Notes: generated from the letters alone by a model not told the origin. A DNA stretch of 64,000 nt from a virus (IMGVR_UViG_3300042330_000875:64001-128000), one strand, 5' to 3'. Positions 9,802 to 20,182 are shown, counted from the first letter of the stretch. Numbers and translations are program-made.

Positions 9802-10167
9802 TAATTGTTCTCGATTAAATTCTATTGTATAATTATCAATAACGTTTTCTGGAACATAGGTTAAAGTCATTTCTATTCTTACACCATATTCATAATTTAC
9901 AACATTAATATAATCCAATCTAACCCGACCTTTTTGTTCATCTACGATTCGCATTGCTTCCGCAACAATTGCATCTTTTGTACTTTGCACAAATGGTTCG
10001 GCTAAATAATTCCAAATTCTACAACCCCAATCAGGGCGCATAACACGTTCACCTATTCTTGTGTTAAAATGATTCATTAAACTCCTTTTAACTAAAGGAA
10101 TATCAACCAATTCAAAATTTTTATCTCTAGGATCGTTGGGCGCTTCCCAACCACGAAAATAAACCAT
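9787..10167 (-). CDS. Baseplate wedge protein gp25-like
   Basis: TRIGERVMRPDWGCRI motif (GPW/gp25 family). Confidence 0.9.
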   Translation of the reverse strand: MVYFRGWEAPNDPRDKNFELVDIPLVKRSLMNHFNTRIGERVMRPDWGCRIWNYLAEPFVQSTKDAIVAEAMRIVDEQKGRVRLDYINVVNYEYGVRIEMTLTYVPENVIDNYTIEFNREQLSMNV

Positions 10168-10189
10168 AAAAATATTTAAAGGATATTTA

Positions 10190-10501
10190 ATGACTTATAT
10201 TTATTATATTGATGGTGAAAAATTTACAACCGATACTAAAAATGAAATTCCTCGTAATGAAATTTCATCTCCTGATGAAATTACACCTGCACTTGAAAAT
10301 TTATCAACAGGAGTTAAAATTTGGTGTAAAAAAGGATTTATTTGGCATCGTTTAACTGGACCAGGGATTATTCTCTCAGATGGTAAAAAAGAGTTTTATT
10401 TAAATGATAAATGTTATTTTAGAAATGTAAAAGATTGGTTAGCAGATCACCCAAATCAAGATAACGCCTTTCAAGTAGAAATGCTTTTAAAATATTCTTG
10501 A
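10190..10501 (+). CDS. HRLTGPA-family paralog copy 6 (tail B)
   Basis: Ends HPNQDNAFQVEMLLKYS. Confidence 0.9.
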   Translation: MTYIYYIDGEKFTTDTKNEIPRNEISSPDEITPALENLSTGVKIWCKKGFIWHRLTGPGIILSDGKKEFYLNDKCYFRNVKDWLADHPNQDNAFQVEMLLKYS

Positions 10502-10559
10502 CAATGAATATTGTTTCTCATATAATCTATTATCATTTTTAGATTGGGGGAGTAAAAAA

Positions 10560-11009
10560 ATGTTTGATTTTCCGTTTAAATCTCGCGGTAAGTTAATTTA
10601 TGATCCTAATCGTCAAAATATGAAAAATCGCGTTAAGCGATGGGCAGTTTTACAAGTTGATCAAGAAATTTCAAATTATTATCGTTGGTGGGTTAATCAT
10701 CTTTATCATAAACATTTGCTTGTTCCTGCTTGGGGTGCCCACATTTCTGTAATTCGTGGTGAACGAGATTTTGTATCAAGCAATGTTGATATGGATACGT
10801 CGTTATGGAAAAAATACCATAATCAATGGTTTGAATTTGAATATTCCAATCAACCGTATTCTGTTAAAAATGGTAATTTTTGGGTTATTCGAGTTCGTTC
10901 CGATGATCTTATGGAAATTCGCAAAGAAATGGGATTGATTAATCGATTTGATGATCCTCTTCACATTACCATTGGTAAAGATCCACACAAAGACTTAAAG
11001 GAGTTTTAA
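10560..11009 (+). CDS. 2H phosphoesterase-family protein
   Basis: Paired HISV and HITI motifs. Confidence 0.7.
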   Translation: MFDFPFKSRGKLIYDPNRQNMKNRVKRWAVLQVDQEISNYYRWWVNHLYHKHLLVPAWGAHISVIRGERDFVSSNVDMDTSLWKKYHNQWFEFEYSNQPYSVKNGNFWVIRVRSDDLMEIRKEMGLINRFDDPLHITIGKDPHKDLKEF

Positions 11010-11321
11010 ATGAAAGTTTTATTTTTATTATTTTGTTTGTTTAGTTTTAGCGCAAAGGCTGCTGTAACTCCAAAACAACAAAATTTTTGTGATACTGGAT
11101 TAGTTCATGTTTTATTAAATGATGATCCTCCCCAAGAATTTTATGTTGAATTAAGCAAAACCGAATATAAATATATTTGGTTTCATCAACTAAATACAGC
11201 ATTAATGATTTATTGGGAAAATAATATCGATTTAAATCAAATTGAATTATTTTTACGCAAACAACCATTTATTTCATCAGTACAATGTTTGGATACAAAG
11301 GATTTTAAACAAAGAAGATAA
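11010..11321 (+). CDS. Hypothetical exported protein
   Basis: Signal peptide MKVLFLLFCLFSFSAKA. Confidence 0.65.
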   Translation: MKVLFLLFCLFSFSAKAAVTPKQQNFCDTGLVHVLLNDDPPQEFYVELSKTEYKYIWFHQLNTALMIYWENNIDLNQIELFLRKQPFISSVQCLDTKDFKQRR

Positions 11322-11809
11322 TGATCGAGTTAGATAAAAAACAAAGATTAGCATTAGAATTATTAAGAGCCATTAGACAAGATGGTGGCTCTGATAATTC
11401 TTATTCAAAATCTGATAAAGAAAAATTAAATGAAGAAAAAACAATTGAAAATAAAAATGATCCTAAAAGAAATAATAAGCGTCATTATCATCCTGAATTA
11501 AAAGCTAAAATTAATAATAAAGAATATGATGTATTGGATTTTAGTATAAGTGGTGCTAAAATTAAAATTAATCTTTGGGATTTTTCAAGTAAAAATGCTA
11601 ATGAATTTTTTGCAGTATTTCAATTAAAAGATAAAACTACGTTTGTAAAATGTCGTGGTATGTGGATTGATCGACAAAATAAAGAAATGGGAATTAAATT
11701 CTTATCATTATCAGAATCATCTTGGTCATTTTTTAATGATATTTTATTTGATATGGTAAAATCACAACAAAAACCACAAACAAAAAAGAAATTTTGGGGG
11801 ATATTTTAA
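11321..11809 (+). CDS. PilZ-domain protein
   Basis: RxxxR (RNNKR) and DxSxxG (DFSISG) motifs; C-terminal GIKF. Confidence 0.8.
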   Translation: MIELDKKQRLALELLRAIRQDGGSDNSYSKSDKEKLNEEKTIENKNDPKRNNKRHYHPELKAKINNKEYDVLDFSISGAKIKINLWDFSSKNANEFFAVFQLKDKTTFVKCRGMWIDRQNKEMGIKFLSLSESSWSFFNDILFDMVKSQQKPQTKKKFWGIF

Positions 11810-12138
11810 TGAGTGCAATTGTAATTACTGATAATGCTAAACAACATTTAATTGATTTAACAAAACAACATAATAAAAATAGTTTTATTCTTGGTTTAAG
11901 AGCAAAAGGTTGTTCTGGATTTCAATATAGTTTTGATTTTTATGATAATGAACAAAATGTAACTGAAATTGATTATAATGAATTTAAACTTTATGTTGAA
12001 AATGAAAGTTTAATTTATATCATTGGTACTGTTATAGATTTAGAAAAAACAATGTTTTCTTCAGGATTAACTTTTACTAATCCAAATGCATCAGGTGGCT
12101 GTGGGTGCGGAGAAAGTTTTAATTTAGATATGGAATAA
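11809..12138 (+). CDS. iscA: IscA/SufA (HesB) Fe-S cluster carrier
   Basis: KGCSGFQY and NPNA..CGCGESF. Confidence 0.9.
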   Translation: MSAIVITDNAKQHLIDLTKQHNKNSFILGLRAKGCSGFQYSFDFYDNEQNVTEIDYNEFKLYVENESLIYIIGTVIDLEKTMFSSGLTFTNPNASGGCGCGESFNLDME

Positions 12139-12163
12139 AAAAGGAAGCTTTTAGCTTCCTTTT

Positions 12164-12286
12164 TTATTTCGATGTTTCGGTTTTCTTTACAATAATAACA
12201 GTTTTACGAACTGCTACTGATGTATCGCCTTTTGCATAAGCAACAGCTTGACGCATACCAGCAAGAATTTTATTAGGTTTAGACAT
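12164..12286 (-). CDS. Unannotated 40-aa peptide resembling the N-terminal helix of HigA-type antitoxins
   Basis: MSKPNKILAGMRQAVAYAKGDTSVAVRKTVIIVKKTETSK; AAGGA RBS; TTGACA-17-TAAATT promoter (12347-12319); terminator 12137-12165. Confidence 0.65.
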   Translation of the reverse strand: MSKPNKILAGMRQAVAYAKGDTSVAVRKTVIIVKKTETSK

Positions 12287-12355
12287 TTTGTATTTTCCTT
12301 TCGTTTAATTGATATTGCAATTTAAAACATTTTTCTTTTTATGTCAACAACTTTT

Positions 12356-13021
12356 TTACATTATTTTTGTTAAAATCGGACGAATATTGGCTTTGCTATT
12401 ATCATCTGACCAAACACTTTGATCATATTCACCATCTTGTTTACCATGATATAAAATAACATCAGTTTCTAAAATTTCAGAATTATTTAAATCAACTAAA
12501 TCAACTTGGATATCAATTTGATTTGATAAATATGTCCATAATTTTCTGGCACCAAAATATTGATGTTTATCGCCTAAAATATTAAGTCCTAAATTATTAA
12601 CAATCCATTTATACATCATGGCTGCTAACCCTCGGTTTCTAAATTCATTACCAACATACACGCCTCTTACTGAAAATAAACTATTATAGCCTAATTGATT
12701 ACCAATAGAATTTCGATCTTCAAATGCAATCTGAAAAATAGTCCGAAAAACATTTTTTATTTCTGTACCAGATTTTGTTTCACGAGTTATTGTTGTTTCA
12801 AAACCGGCAATAAAAACATGATCGCTATGTAATCGCGCAATTATAAATTTATCTCCTTTATTCTCAATAACATCAACTTTTTTCCATAATGTATCAAAAT
12901 AGTCTAATGAAATATCCATTTCAAAATTTTCACCAAAACCCGACCAATCGCCAGGAACAGCAATTGGTTGTTCTTTTAATTTTCTTTTTTCATAGGCTTC
13001 TAATAATTCATCTAATGTCAT
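12356..13021 (-). CDS. GNAT-like acetyltransferase
   Basis: VYVGNEFRNRGLA acetyl-CoA-binding motif; GARKLW. Confidence 0.6.
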   Translation of the reverse strand: MTLDELLEAYEKRKLKEQPIAVPGDWSGFGENFEMDISLDYFDTLWKKVDVIENKGDKFIIARLHSDHVFIAGFETTITRETKSGTEIKNVFRTIFQIAFEDRNSIGNQLGYNSLFSVRGVYVGNEFRNRGLAAMMYKWIVNNLGLNILGDKHQYFGARKLWTYLSNQIDIQVDLVDLNNSEILETDVILYHGKQDGEYDQSVWSDDNSKANIRPILTKIM

Positions 13022-13082
13022 TTTATTTTCCTTAACTATAATCGTTAATTTTATAATAATAAATTATTTTTGTCAATAGAAA

Positions 13083-15056
13083 TTATTCACCACTATTAAA
13101 AAGATCAATTAATGCATATCGATTTCCTTGAACACCAATTGCAGGCAAACAATCAGTTGTATTATTGGTAAAAGTCAAATTAGAATAAATTTTAGTTAAA
13201 CTCATATTTTCACATACGATTCCAGTAACATTATTTCTTATAATATTGGTTCCAGTATCCAAAAATGTCACAGTTGATGTATCTTTACATAATACACACA
13301 ATTGATTGTTTTCAAATAATGTTTCGTTTTCGCCCCCAATATAAATTATACTGGTACTTAAACCGATAACTTGTTCATTACCAACTGCACGAACGTTTTT
13401 AATTTCTAAATGTGATCCTCGCACACTTAATGCCTGATCTGAATCATAACATTCTAAATTTTTACTAATAAATCCAATATTAATTCCTTTATATCCTTGA
13501 GCACAACTATCAATAAATGTTTGATTAACATTTATAAAACTATTTCTTAAAAATCCAGCTTGCGCCATATTTGTTGCATAAAAATTTTGTGAATTAAATA
13601 AAGAATTAACTAATTTTAAACCTTCTTGAGTAAAAACATCTCGATAATCAGTTAAATTAAGTTGTGAATTTTTAGTCCAAACAGTTGTAGAATTACCGCT
13701 ACCTCTAATATATGTTACGTTTATATTTGCATTGATAGCATTTACACCCAAATCATTTCCAGATAATATTAATGTATTACCTCGTAAATTTTCAATTATA
13801 TCAATACCATTATTTGAATTTGATTCGATTAACGTATCGAACATTATATTTTTTACTTTGGAATAATTAATACCATAAAGACCAACATCGTTATTACAAA
13901 TTATATCATTTCCTGAAAAAAGTTGTGTAACAGTTTGTTGAACAAATAAAATATTTTCTAAAACTAAAGTTTTTTCAATATTAAAACATAAATTAGTTTG
14001 TGAAATTATTTTATTAGATGGTTTTTTAAAACTTCCTGTAACATTTAATAATGAAGGAATAATTGTAGTTTTCCAACTACAACGAACAACAATTAAATTA
14101 TTAATAGAATCTAATTGGATTATAGGCCATAATCCAATCAATACTTGAGAATTTTCTTGTCCAGAAACATTATTAATATAGATATAATCACCAATTGATA
14201 AACCAGTAGTCGTGCCTTGTAAAACAACATCATAGCTACCATAAGTTCCAGTAATTGTATTAACCGCAGTAAATGTTCCCGAAGTCCAAGGTAATCCACG
14301 TAAAATAATTTGAGAACTTTGTGGATGATTAATTTCAATTGTGTTTGTTATAGTTTGTTGACCAGTTATATCAATATAAATTTTTACATCAGGCGCTAAT
14401 GTATAATTTTTAATATAATTTAAAGCATCTTGTATTGTTGCATATTTCAATGGTACATTTAAAATAGTATCTTCAAGTAAATAAAAACTATCGATAGCAA
14501 TAACTCTACCATATTTATCAACAGTTAAATTTGGTTGAGAATAAAGACCTGGATTATTAATTACAGTTTCTAATCCAATTTCACCTTCTACGGTTATTAC
14601 TCCACCAGTTAAACCATTAGTTGCTGTTATTTTTTTAACTGTGCCTTCAAAGCCACCAGTTGATGTATCAATCCAAACCAAATTGTTATATATTTTTAAT
14701 TTTAAATTAGTAGTATCAAACCAAACATCGCCTTCAAATGGATTATTAGGTTGATTACCATAAAATACACCAACTGCTTTCCAATTAAAGCCATTCCATT
14801 GACGCAAATTATTATTTGTTGTATCATACCATAATTGGCCCGATACAGGTTTTGAAGGCGGTAAATCACCAGCAAAATTTTCCATTAAATACATAAAATT
14901 TTCCATAACCGCTTGGCCCCAATTGGGTTCTTCTGGACCGATAAAAGTTATATTAGTTGAAAAATTATCTCTTGTTTCAGCATTTAATCGCAATGGAAAA
15001 CGATTTTGCGGATCAGGTAAATTTGAAAAACGATTGATTAAAAACATATTTTGCAC
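13083..15056 (-). CDS. Tail fibre/baseplate-associated virion protein with beta-helix-like C-terminus
   Basis: N-terminal WGQAVMENF..GQLWYDT / GDVWFDT repeats, TVDKYGRV, YATIQDAL, Asn-rich repeats. Confidence 0.75.
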   Translation of the reverse strand: MQNMFLINRFSNLPDPQNRFPLRLNAETRDNFSTNITFIGPEEPNWGQAVMENFMYLMENFAGDLPPSKPVSGQLWYDTTNNNLRQWNGFNWKAVGVFYGNQPNNPFEGDVWFDTTNLKLKIYNNLVWIDTSTGGFEGTVKKITATNGLTGGVITVEGEIGLETVINNPGLYSQPNLTVDKYGRVIAIDSFYLLEDTILNVPLKYATIQDALNYIKNYTLAPDVKIYIDITGQQTITNTIEINHPQSSQIILRGLPWTSGTFTAVNTITGTYGSYDVVLQGTTTGLSIGDYIYINNVSGQENSQVLIGLWPIIQLDSINNLIVVRCSWKTTIIPSLLNVTGSFKKPSNKIISQTNLCFNIEKTLVLENILFVQQTVTQLFSGNDIICNNDVGLYGINYSKVKNIMFDTLIESNSNNGIDIIENLRGNTLILSGNDLGVNAINANINVTYIRGSGNSTTVWTKNSQLNLTDYRDVFTQEGLKLVNSLFNSQNFYATNMAQAGFLRNSFINVNQTFIDSCAQGYKGINIGFISKNLECYDSDQALSVRGSHLEIKNVRAVGNEQVIGLSTSIIYIGGENETLFENNQLCVLCKDTSTVTFLDTGTNIIRNNVTGIVCENMSLTKIYSNLTFTNNTTDCLPAIGVQGNRYALIDLFNSGE

Positions 15057-15143
15057 CTCTTATCTTATTTAAAAATTTAATTGTTGATATTAAATAATAT
15101 TCCAGGTAACATCTAATTTGTTGTTATTGGAAAGGAATTAAGA

Positions 15144-15392
15144 ATGGAAAATGTACTTTTTGTAAATTTGCTGGTTGAATATATTGCTTTTCTTGATAAG
15201 AAAGCAGTTAAAATTGCCGTTATCGATCTTCCAGATGAAGTTAAAAATGATTTTCAAATAAAACTTCGTCAATTTAATATTGATGGTAAGCTTTATCGTA
15301 TTGAAAATGAAAGCATTCCAAATTCATTATCTAATCGAGTAAAAGAAAATAATCTTGATCTTGAAGTTGGAAAAGTTATTTGTACTTGGTAA
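15144..15392 (+). CDS. Hypothetical protein
   Basis: AAGGA RBS. Confidence 0.6.
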   Translation: MENVLFVNLLVEYIAFLDKKAVKIAVIDLPDEVKNDFQIKLRQFNIDGKLYRIENESIPNSLSNRVKENNLDLEVGKVICTW

Positions 15393-15786
15393 CTATTTCT
15401 TGATCGAGTAAAAGAGGAAATGTTAATGGTGGAAGATTTTCAATTTTTTCTTCCACCATATAACTTAAAGTTATATGAGGATTGTATTTCTCATAATTTG
15501 TTTGAATTCCCAACAATTTCAACATATTAAATCGATTATTCAAATAATTGCTTTTTATTATAGCAACTAAAATAAGATTATCTTTACTATCTTTCCAATA
15601 TTCCCAACGATCAAAAATTAAATCATTAATTGGTTTTTGAATTGAAAAATTTACATCAACGGTACTATCACAAATTGTACAATGAAAAAATTCAGTAAAA
15701 TTTTTTATATTATTATCCAAACAAAATTTTTCTAAGCTTTTGTTTGTTTCTTCTTTAAAATCAACATAAAAATAAAATCCAGACAT
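15376..15786 (-). CDS. acb1: Acb1-like (T4 gp57B) 2H phosphodiesterase, anti-CBASS
   Basis: HCTI and YNPHITLSY motifs, length and layout like T4 57B. Confidence 0.8.
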   Translation of the reverse strand: MSGFYFYVDFKEETNKSLEKFCLDNNIKNFTEFFHCTICDSTVDVNFSIQKPINDLIFDRWEYWKDSKDNLILVAIIKSNYLNNRFNMLKLLGIQTNYEKYNPHITLSYMVEEKIENLPPLTFPLLLDQEIVTKYK

Positions 15787-15814
15787 TAAATATTTAAAAC
15801 AAGTGGGTGAAAAA

Positions 15815-16180
15815 ATGTTTACTGGAATTACTGGATATTTAACTGTAGGTGTAGTTTTATTATTTTTAATGGTTGGTTTGGGTGCTTGGTATTATAAAAC
15901 AAGCTATGAAAGTTTATTAGCAAAAAATGCTGAAATTTCTCAACAATTAACAATAACAACAGAAACTTTAAAACAAACAAAAGAACAAATTGCGGAAATT
16001 GCCGAACAGCAAAAAATCCTTAATAACTCATTAGATGCAATTAGAAAAAAATCTATTACAGATAAAAGAACAATCAATCAATTAAATTTAAGTAAAGAAA
16101 CAATTCCTGATAATAAAGAAGCTGAACAAAAAGCAAATGAAGAAATTTTAAAATCTTTACGATTAGGAGATGCTAAATGA
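15815..16180 (+). CDS. Putative i-spanin (Rz-like)
   Basis: N-terminal TM helix plus coiled coil; overlaps lipoprotein gene. Confidence 0.7.
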   Translation: MFTGITGYLTVGVVLLFLMVGLGAWYYKTSYESLLAKNAEISQQLTITTETLKQTKEQIAEIAEQQKILNNSLDAIRKKSITDKRTINQLNLSKETIPDNKEAEQKANEEILKSLRLGDAK

Positions 16181-16503
16181 AATTTTTAATTTTATTATTA
16201 CCATTATTTTTAGTTGGTTGTGGATATTTTACTAAACCAGAAGTTTATGTAAATGATCCTATTCCTGTAGTTGCTCCTTTAGTTCAACCTTTAGAATTAA
16301 AAAAAATTACAGTTAATATCGCCAACTCAAGTGATTTTTTTGATAAACCCAACCAAAGATTAATTATCTTAACTGAAGATAATTTCAAAATTTATTTGGA
16401 AAACAATGTTGAGTTTTTTCGATATATTTCTGAACAAGAAAAAATAATCGAATTTTACGAAACTTTACAAAAAAGAAATTTACCAAAACCCGTTGACAAA
16501 TAA
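16177..16503 (+). CDS. Putative o-spanin lipoprotein (Rz1-like)
   Basis: Lipobox LVGC; Pro-rich linker. Confidence 0.7.
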   Translation: MKFLILLLPLFLVGCGYFTKPEVYVNDPIPVVAPLVQPLELKKITVNIANSSDFFDKPNQRLIILTEDNFKIYLENNVEFFRYISEQEKIIEFYETLQKRNLPKPVDK

Positions 16504-16553
16504 CAAAAAATTTATTATCCTTAAAGTCTAAAAAATATTTTAAGGAGATATAA

Positions 16554-16862
16554 ATGAGTTTTGTTTTTTACATTGAGGGTAATGAATTTACAACTCAAAA
16601 TTTTTGGAAAGTTCCTATTAATCAAGTTTCTTCACCAAATGATGAAACGCCAGCAATCGAAAATTTACGTACAGGGCACAAGTTTTGGTGCGAAAAAGGA
16701 TGGAAATTTCATCGATTAACAGGTCCAGCCGTAATTACGGGTGATGGATATAAAAAATTTTGTTTAAATGGAGAATATTACGAAAATGTAAGAGATTGGC
16801 TAAAAGAACATCCAAATCAAGATGAAACATTTCAAAAAGAAATGTTAGAAAAATACACTTAA
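16554..16862 (+). CDS. HRLTGPA-family paralog copy 7 (tail B variant)
   Basis: Ends HPNQDETFQKEMLEKYT; terminator at 16865-16895. Confidence 0.9.
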   Translation: MSFVFYIEGNEFTTQNFWKVPINQVSSPNDETPAIENLRTGHKFWCEKGWKFHRLTGPAVITGDGYKKFCLNGEYYENVRDWLKEHPNQDETFQKEMLEKYT

Positions 16863-16948
16863 ACAAAAGAGGAAGAATTAGTTCTTCCTCTTTTTCTCTA
16901 TTGACAATTAACTAAAATAGTTTATATTAATTGTAAAGGAGATTTAAT

Positions 16949-17251
16949 ATGAAAAAATATATTTTTCTATTTTTGTTAATTAGTTTTTCAGCAAAAGCAA
17001 ACAATCTTTGCTTTCAAATGGAACATCAAATTAAAGAAGATATGAATTATGTTATTGGTCAAGCTTGGTTAAGGAATCCTGATGATTATATGTTTCATAA
17101 TTCCATTAAAGTTCAGCTTGACAATTTAACATATATCACGTTAAATCGTATGCATGAAAAGGCGCGAACACAAAAAGATTGTTCGCAAGAATATTATCAA
17201 ATTCAAAAAATTTTAAAAAACATGATGAATGTAATTCAAGGAGTTAATTAA
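16949..17251 (+). CDS. Hypothetical exported protein
   Basis: Signal peptide ending SFSAKA, like ORF 11010. Confidence 0.65.
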   Translation: MKKYIFLFLLISFSAKANNLCFQMEHQIKEDMNYVIGQAWLRNPDDYMFHNSIKVQLDNLTYITLNRMHEKARTQKDCSQEYYQIQKILKNMMNVIQGVN

Positions 17252-19470
17252 TGAATAAACTAGCGTATCAAAACCTTTATCAAACTGCTTTAATTTATGC
17301 TGAACAAAATAATCACGATTATATTACCGTTGATCAAATTGTTGCAGCAATGTTACTCGATAAAGATTTTTCTGAAATTTTAAAATTTGCAAGTGTTGAT
17401 CTTGAACTTGCGTTAACAACAATTACAACTGTATGTAATCAAAGTTATGCGCGCATTGATAAACATCAAGACGATGTTGCAAGGATTCTTGAAAATGTTT
17501 TAAAAACTCGCGGTGGTTATAAACAAGGCTTTTTAGCTGATCAAAGCTTTGATCAAATTTGTAAAAAACTTGCACAACATAATCAAGATTATGAAACAAA
17601 TTTTACAAAAGTAGATTTTATTCAATATATTATCGACACCTTTCCTACAACTTCATCAATTATTATTCTTGAAAAATGTGGCTTAAATAAAGAAAAATTA
17701 AAAGAATATAAACAGATTGCTAAAGAAGGCTATGTAAATCAATTTGGCGTTGATCTTACTAATTTAGCAAAAAACGGAAAAATTGATCAAATTATTGGAC
17801 GTGATGAAGAAACATTAAAAATTCTTCTAGGACTTTTACGTAAACGCAAATCTAATGTTATTTTAACTGGCGATGCTGGTGTTGGTAAAACCGCAATTGC
17901 TGAAGGCTTGGCTTTAAAAATTGCAAATAACGAAGTTCCTGAAAATCTTCAAAATAAACGAGTGTTTAATCTTGATTTAAATTCTGTTATCGCTGGTACA
18001 AAGTATCGCGGCGAATTTGAAGAACGTATGAAAAAAATCATTGATGAATTATCCCAAGATGAAAATACAATTCTTTTTATTGATGAAATTCATCAACTTA
18101 TGGGAATGAACAATGGTGAAAATTCAGCTATGAATGCTGCACAAATTTTAAAACCCGCATTAGCTCGTGGAACTTTAAAATTAATTGGCGCAACCGATAC
18201 GGAGAATTATCGTAAAATTCTACAAAAAGATAAACCATTAATGCGCCGATTCCAAGAAATTGTTATTGATGAACCTTCTGCTGTTTATACAAAACAAATT
18301 CTCTATGGTTTAAAAGAAAGTTTTGAAAATTTTCATAATGTAAAATTCTCAAATTTGGCTTTAGATGCAGCAGTTGATTTATCTGGTCTTTATATTACAA
18401 ATCGTAAATGGCCTGATAAAGCTATCGATTTAATCGATGCAGCGGGCGCTAGAGCATTGTTTCATAAAAAAGAATCAGTTGAAGAAAGTGATATTGAATT
18501 TGAATTAACTCAAATCACAAAAATTCGCCCACAAAAAGCTAAAAAAGAAGAATCAAGCATTTATGATTTAGCAAAAAATATTAAACAACGTATTTTTGAA
18601 CAAGATCAAGCAATTGAAACATTAGTTGATAGTGTTGCTATTGCAAAATGCGGAATGCGCGATACAAATAAACCTTTAGGTCGTTATCTTTTTGTTGGCC
18701 CAAGTGGAACAGGCAAAACAGAAGTTTGTCGTGAATTAGCTAAAGAATTAAACATTCCCTTGCTCAAATATGATATGAGTGAATATATGGAAGGGCACTC
18801 AATTAGTAAATTAATTGGTTCACCTCCTGGTTATGTTGGATATTCTGATGGTTCAAGTGGTTCAGGAAAATTAATCAATGATATTGAAACCAATCCAAAT
18901 GCCATTTTACTATTAGATGAATTTGAAAAAGCGCACCCAAGTATTTTTAATGCATTCTTGCAAGTTTTAGATGATGCTAAATTAACTTCAAGCGATGGTA
19001 AAACAGTAAAATTTAATAATGTTATTATCATTATGACAAGTAATGCTGGTGCTGCTAAATCTGAAAAAGCCTCAATTGGGTTTAATTCAAGTGAAAATAA
19101 TTTACAATCAAATGTTATGGAAGCAGTTGAAAAAACCTTTTCTCCTGAGTTTCGTAATCGGTTAGATGAAGTTGTTGTTTTCAATCGTCTTAGTGAAGCG
19201 GCAATCAAACAAGTTGCTAAAAAGTTTCTTGATCGTCTTAATAACCAATTAAGTGAAAATTTAAATCAATTAACGTATTCTGAAGCGGTTGTTGATTTTC
19301 TTGCTAAAAAAGGTTATAACCCAAAAATGGGAGCACGCCCAATGGAACGTGCAATTACTGATTTTGTTAAAAAGCAAATTTCAAAAAAGATGTTTGAAAA
19401 TCGTCATTTTGAAAATGTAAAAGTTTCATTAGACGTAATTGATGAAGAAATTAAAGTAGAGATTGCATAA
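17251..19470 (+). CDS. clpA: ClpA-like AAA+ unfoldase
   Basis: Two NBDs (GDAGVGKT, GPSGTGKT), LFIDEIH, GSPPGYVG, IGF loop, no ClpB M-domain. Confidence 0.9.
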   Translation: MNKLAYQNLYQTALIYAEQNNHDYITVDQIVAAMLLDKDFSEILKFASVDLELALTTITTVCNQSYARIDKHQDDVARILENVLKTRGGYKQGFLADQSFDQICKKLAQHNQDYETNFTKVDFIQYIIDTFPTTSSIIILEKCGLNKEKLKEYKQIAKEGYVNQFGVDLTNLAKNGKIDQIIGRDEETLKILLGLLRKRKSNVILTGDAGVGKTAIAEGLALKIANNEVPENLQNKRVFNLDLNSVIAGTKYRGEFEERMKKIIDELSQDENTILFIDEIHQLMGMNNGENSAMNAAQILKPALARGTLKLIGATDTENYRKILQKDKPLMRRFQEIVIDEPSAVYTKQILYGLKESFENFHNVKFSNLALDAAVDLSGLYITNRKWPDKAIDLIDAAGARALFHKKESVEESDIEFELTQITKIRPQKAKKEESSIYDLAKNIKQRIFEQDQAIETLVDSVAIAKCGMRDTNKPLGRYLFVGPSGTGKTEVCRELAKELNIPLLKYDMSEYMEGHSISKLIGSPPGYVGYSDGSSGSGKLINDIETNPNAILLLDEFEKAHPSIFNAFLQVLDDAKLTSSDGKTVKFNNVIIIMTSNAGAAKSEKASIGFNSSENNLQSNVMEAVEKTFSPEFRNRLDEVVVFNRLSEAAIKQVAKKFLDRLNNQLSENLNQLTYSEAVVDFLAKKGYNPKMGARPMERAITDFVKKQISKKMFENRHFENVKVSLDVIDEEIKVEIA

Positions 19471-19496
19471 GGCAATCTCTTTTTTGGAGTTATAAC

Positions 19497-19853
19497 ATGG
19501 ATTTTAAATTAGCAAAAGTATTATATGAAAAAAACGAATTAACACAAGGCGTTATTATTAAAGCAAAATATACGGCAGTTGATATGGCAGGCAGGCATTC
19601 TTTTGAAACCATAGATGAATTTTTAGTAATTTATGCTTCTATTAAGGCAGAAATGTTAATTTTACATTGTAGTCATAAAAAATCAGGTATGCGAAGAAAT
19701 TTAACACATGATTGTATTTTAGAAATTAATGGCATGACACCTGATAGAATTGCTGATAGTATTGATTTAACAATTGATGGAAATGCTAAAAAAATAGGCA
19801 ATAAACGTGGAAGAAAAACAAATGAAGAGCGCGCAAGGTTAGCTAATTTATAA
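19497..19853 (+). CDS. Hypothetical protein
   Basis: GGAG RBS; KRGRK basic tail. Confidence 0.7.
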   Translation: MDFKLAKVLYEKNELTQGVIIKAKYTAVDMAGRHSFETIDEFLVIYASIKAEMLILHCSHKKSGMRRNLTHDCILEINGMTPDRIADSIDLTIDGNAKKIGNKRGRKTNEERARLANL

Positions 19854-20182
19854 TGTTAATTTATTATATTGATGGTGAAAAATTTTACACTGAAGATTTT
19901 GATGATATTCCTCTGCATGATATTTCTTCACCTGATGAACAAACACCCGCATTTCAAGACAGTTTAACAAGTGAAAAACTTTGGTGTGAAAAAAATTATC
20001 GTTGGCATCGATTAACTGGACCAACATTAATTCGTCCAGATGAAACTGTGGGATTTTGGTTAAACGATAAAAAATACCATAATGTCCGGGATTGGATTAA
20101 AGAACATCCAAATCCAGATTTATATTTCGATGCATTAGGTATGAATGAAACAGACAGAGTGTTATGGTTTTTACAAAATTAA
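19853..20182 (+). CDS. HRLTGPA-family paralog copy 8 (tail A)
   Basis: TAATG coupling; ends NETDRVLWFLQN. Confidence 0.9.
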   Translation: MLIYYIDGEKFYTEDFDDIPLHDISSPDEQTPAFQDSLTSEKLWCEKNYRWHRLTGPTLIRPDETVGFWLNDKKYHNVRDWIKEHPNPDLYFDALGMNETDRVLWFLQN

